Shown one piece after another: positions 63,189-64,000 of a stretch of 64,000 nucleotides of DNA. Source of the stretch: Leucoraja erinacea. Taxonomy: Eukaryota. Numbering within the stretch: position 1 is the first letter of the stretch; every line of letters begins with the position of its first letter. A model generated the notes under the pieces. That model did not search any database. It was not told where the DNA came from and worked only from the letters and a program-made list of their open reading frames with translations. The DNA lies in contig NC_073405.1 of NCBI RefSeq assembly GCF_028641065.1, positions 15,996,001-16,060,000 on the forward strand. Direction: 5' to 3'. A program made the translations under genes and the position numbers.

Positions 63189-63944
63189 GTAAAGACAGCT
63201 GGGTAACTAATACCGCACTTGCCCTGTTAAACTAACTCCAGCCTTTCTGCAGGTTAATTTATCCAAGTGGTCCCAGAAAGTGGCAAACAATGATATGTAT
63301 ACTTAGCTGCAGTAAATTACTCCTGGTATAGATGTAATGGGTAAATGTTTTGGAGTTGATCACATGGGTATAGTAAAGTGGGGTTATTGGTATAGGAATG
63401 CCGTAAGCTGGCAAAGGGTCTGGATACTCTCTGGGCCACCACTGAAAGAGAAAAGAAAAAGCCAGCCCTTGGTTTACAATTCACTTGGTTTGTATTCATT
63501 GTTATTTGCTCTTATTCTTGGTGACCCAAAACTTGTCTGAGTTTGCTATAATGCACTTGTGTACACAATATCAGTATGACTTGTACAAACAATGCTCCAA
63601 ATGTAGATGGTTTTCATGGGAAGGCTTTCTCAAAATGAATCCTTCCATAAATGCAATCTTGGCTGCGGTTTTGATTCCTGGTCTTTACCTGTCTTTAAGT
63701 ATCACTTTATCCAATAGTGAACTTGGGAGTTAATACAAATGATCTGCATTAATTAGCCCCTTAACCTCTGTATTCCCTGAAGGACAGACATGCTGAAGAC
63801 CTGATGAAATCAATTGCCTAAAAGGCCCTGTAATATACTAGAGTTCATATTTCTCTGGTGACCAGTTAACATTTTGGCTCTGCACTAGAATGTTCATGAA
63901 ATCTTCAAGTTAACATTGACTGTTTAATTCTCTTTTTATAACAG

Positions 63945-64000
63945 TGTAATTGGATTGAATTTTGATTTTCTGGCATTGAATCTAACTGGCCATTTGGCAT
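63945..64000 (+). CDS. CTNS: Cystinosin-like, coding exon 6 (partial, runs off the window)
   Basis: Encodes (S)VIGLNFDFLALNLTGHLA. ACAG acceptor, phase 2. Confidence 0.93.

Noticed and set aside
1-64000. CRISPR arrays, rRNA or prokaryotic systems
   Set aside because: The DNA is intron-exon eukaryotic sequence, and no regularly spaced repeat-spacer array or rRNA signature was seen.

Overview
Vertebrate genomic DNA, most likely from a cartilaginous fish such as a skate or ray (inferred from HE1/V-SINE, Deu-SINE, CR1/HER1 and Penelope repeat content). Four spliced protein-coding genes were assembled by hand from splice sites and reading phase. (1) AP1M1, minus strand, coding exons 1-6 in the window and the rest off the left end; intron 2 is a U12 (minor spliceosome) GT-AG intron. 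(2) FAM32A, minus strand, complete, 4 exons, 113 aa. (3) A complete RING-Bbox1-Bbox2-coiled coil-PRY/SPRY TRIM gene (TRIM25/TRIM16/finTRIM-like), minus strand, 6 exons, 511 aa. (4) A divergent cystinosin (CTNS-like) gene, plus strand, running off the right end, with a GC-AG intron, only 2 luminal glycosylation sequons and His at the position of human F170; it lies beside FAM32A-AP1M1, a neighbourhood where mammals have no CTNS. The rest is mostly transposon-derived: a Tc1 IR/DR end, CR1, Rex1/Babar and RTE LINE fragments, SINEs, many Penelope terminal repeats carrying minimal hammerhead-ribozyme cores, long hairpins and an unclassified 862-bp TIR element with a 7-bp target-site duplication. 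Exon coordinates were counted base by base; repeat boundaries are approximate. Most ORFs in the supplied track are spurious.
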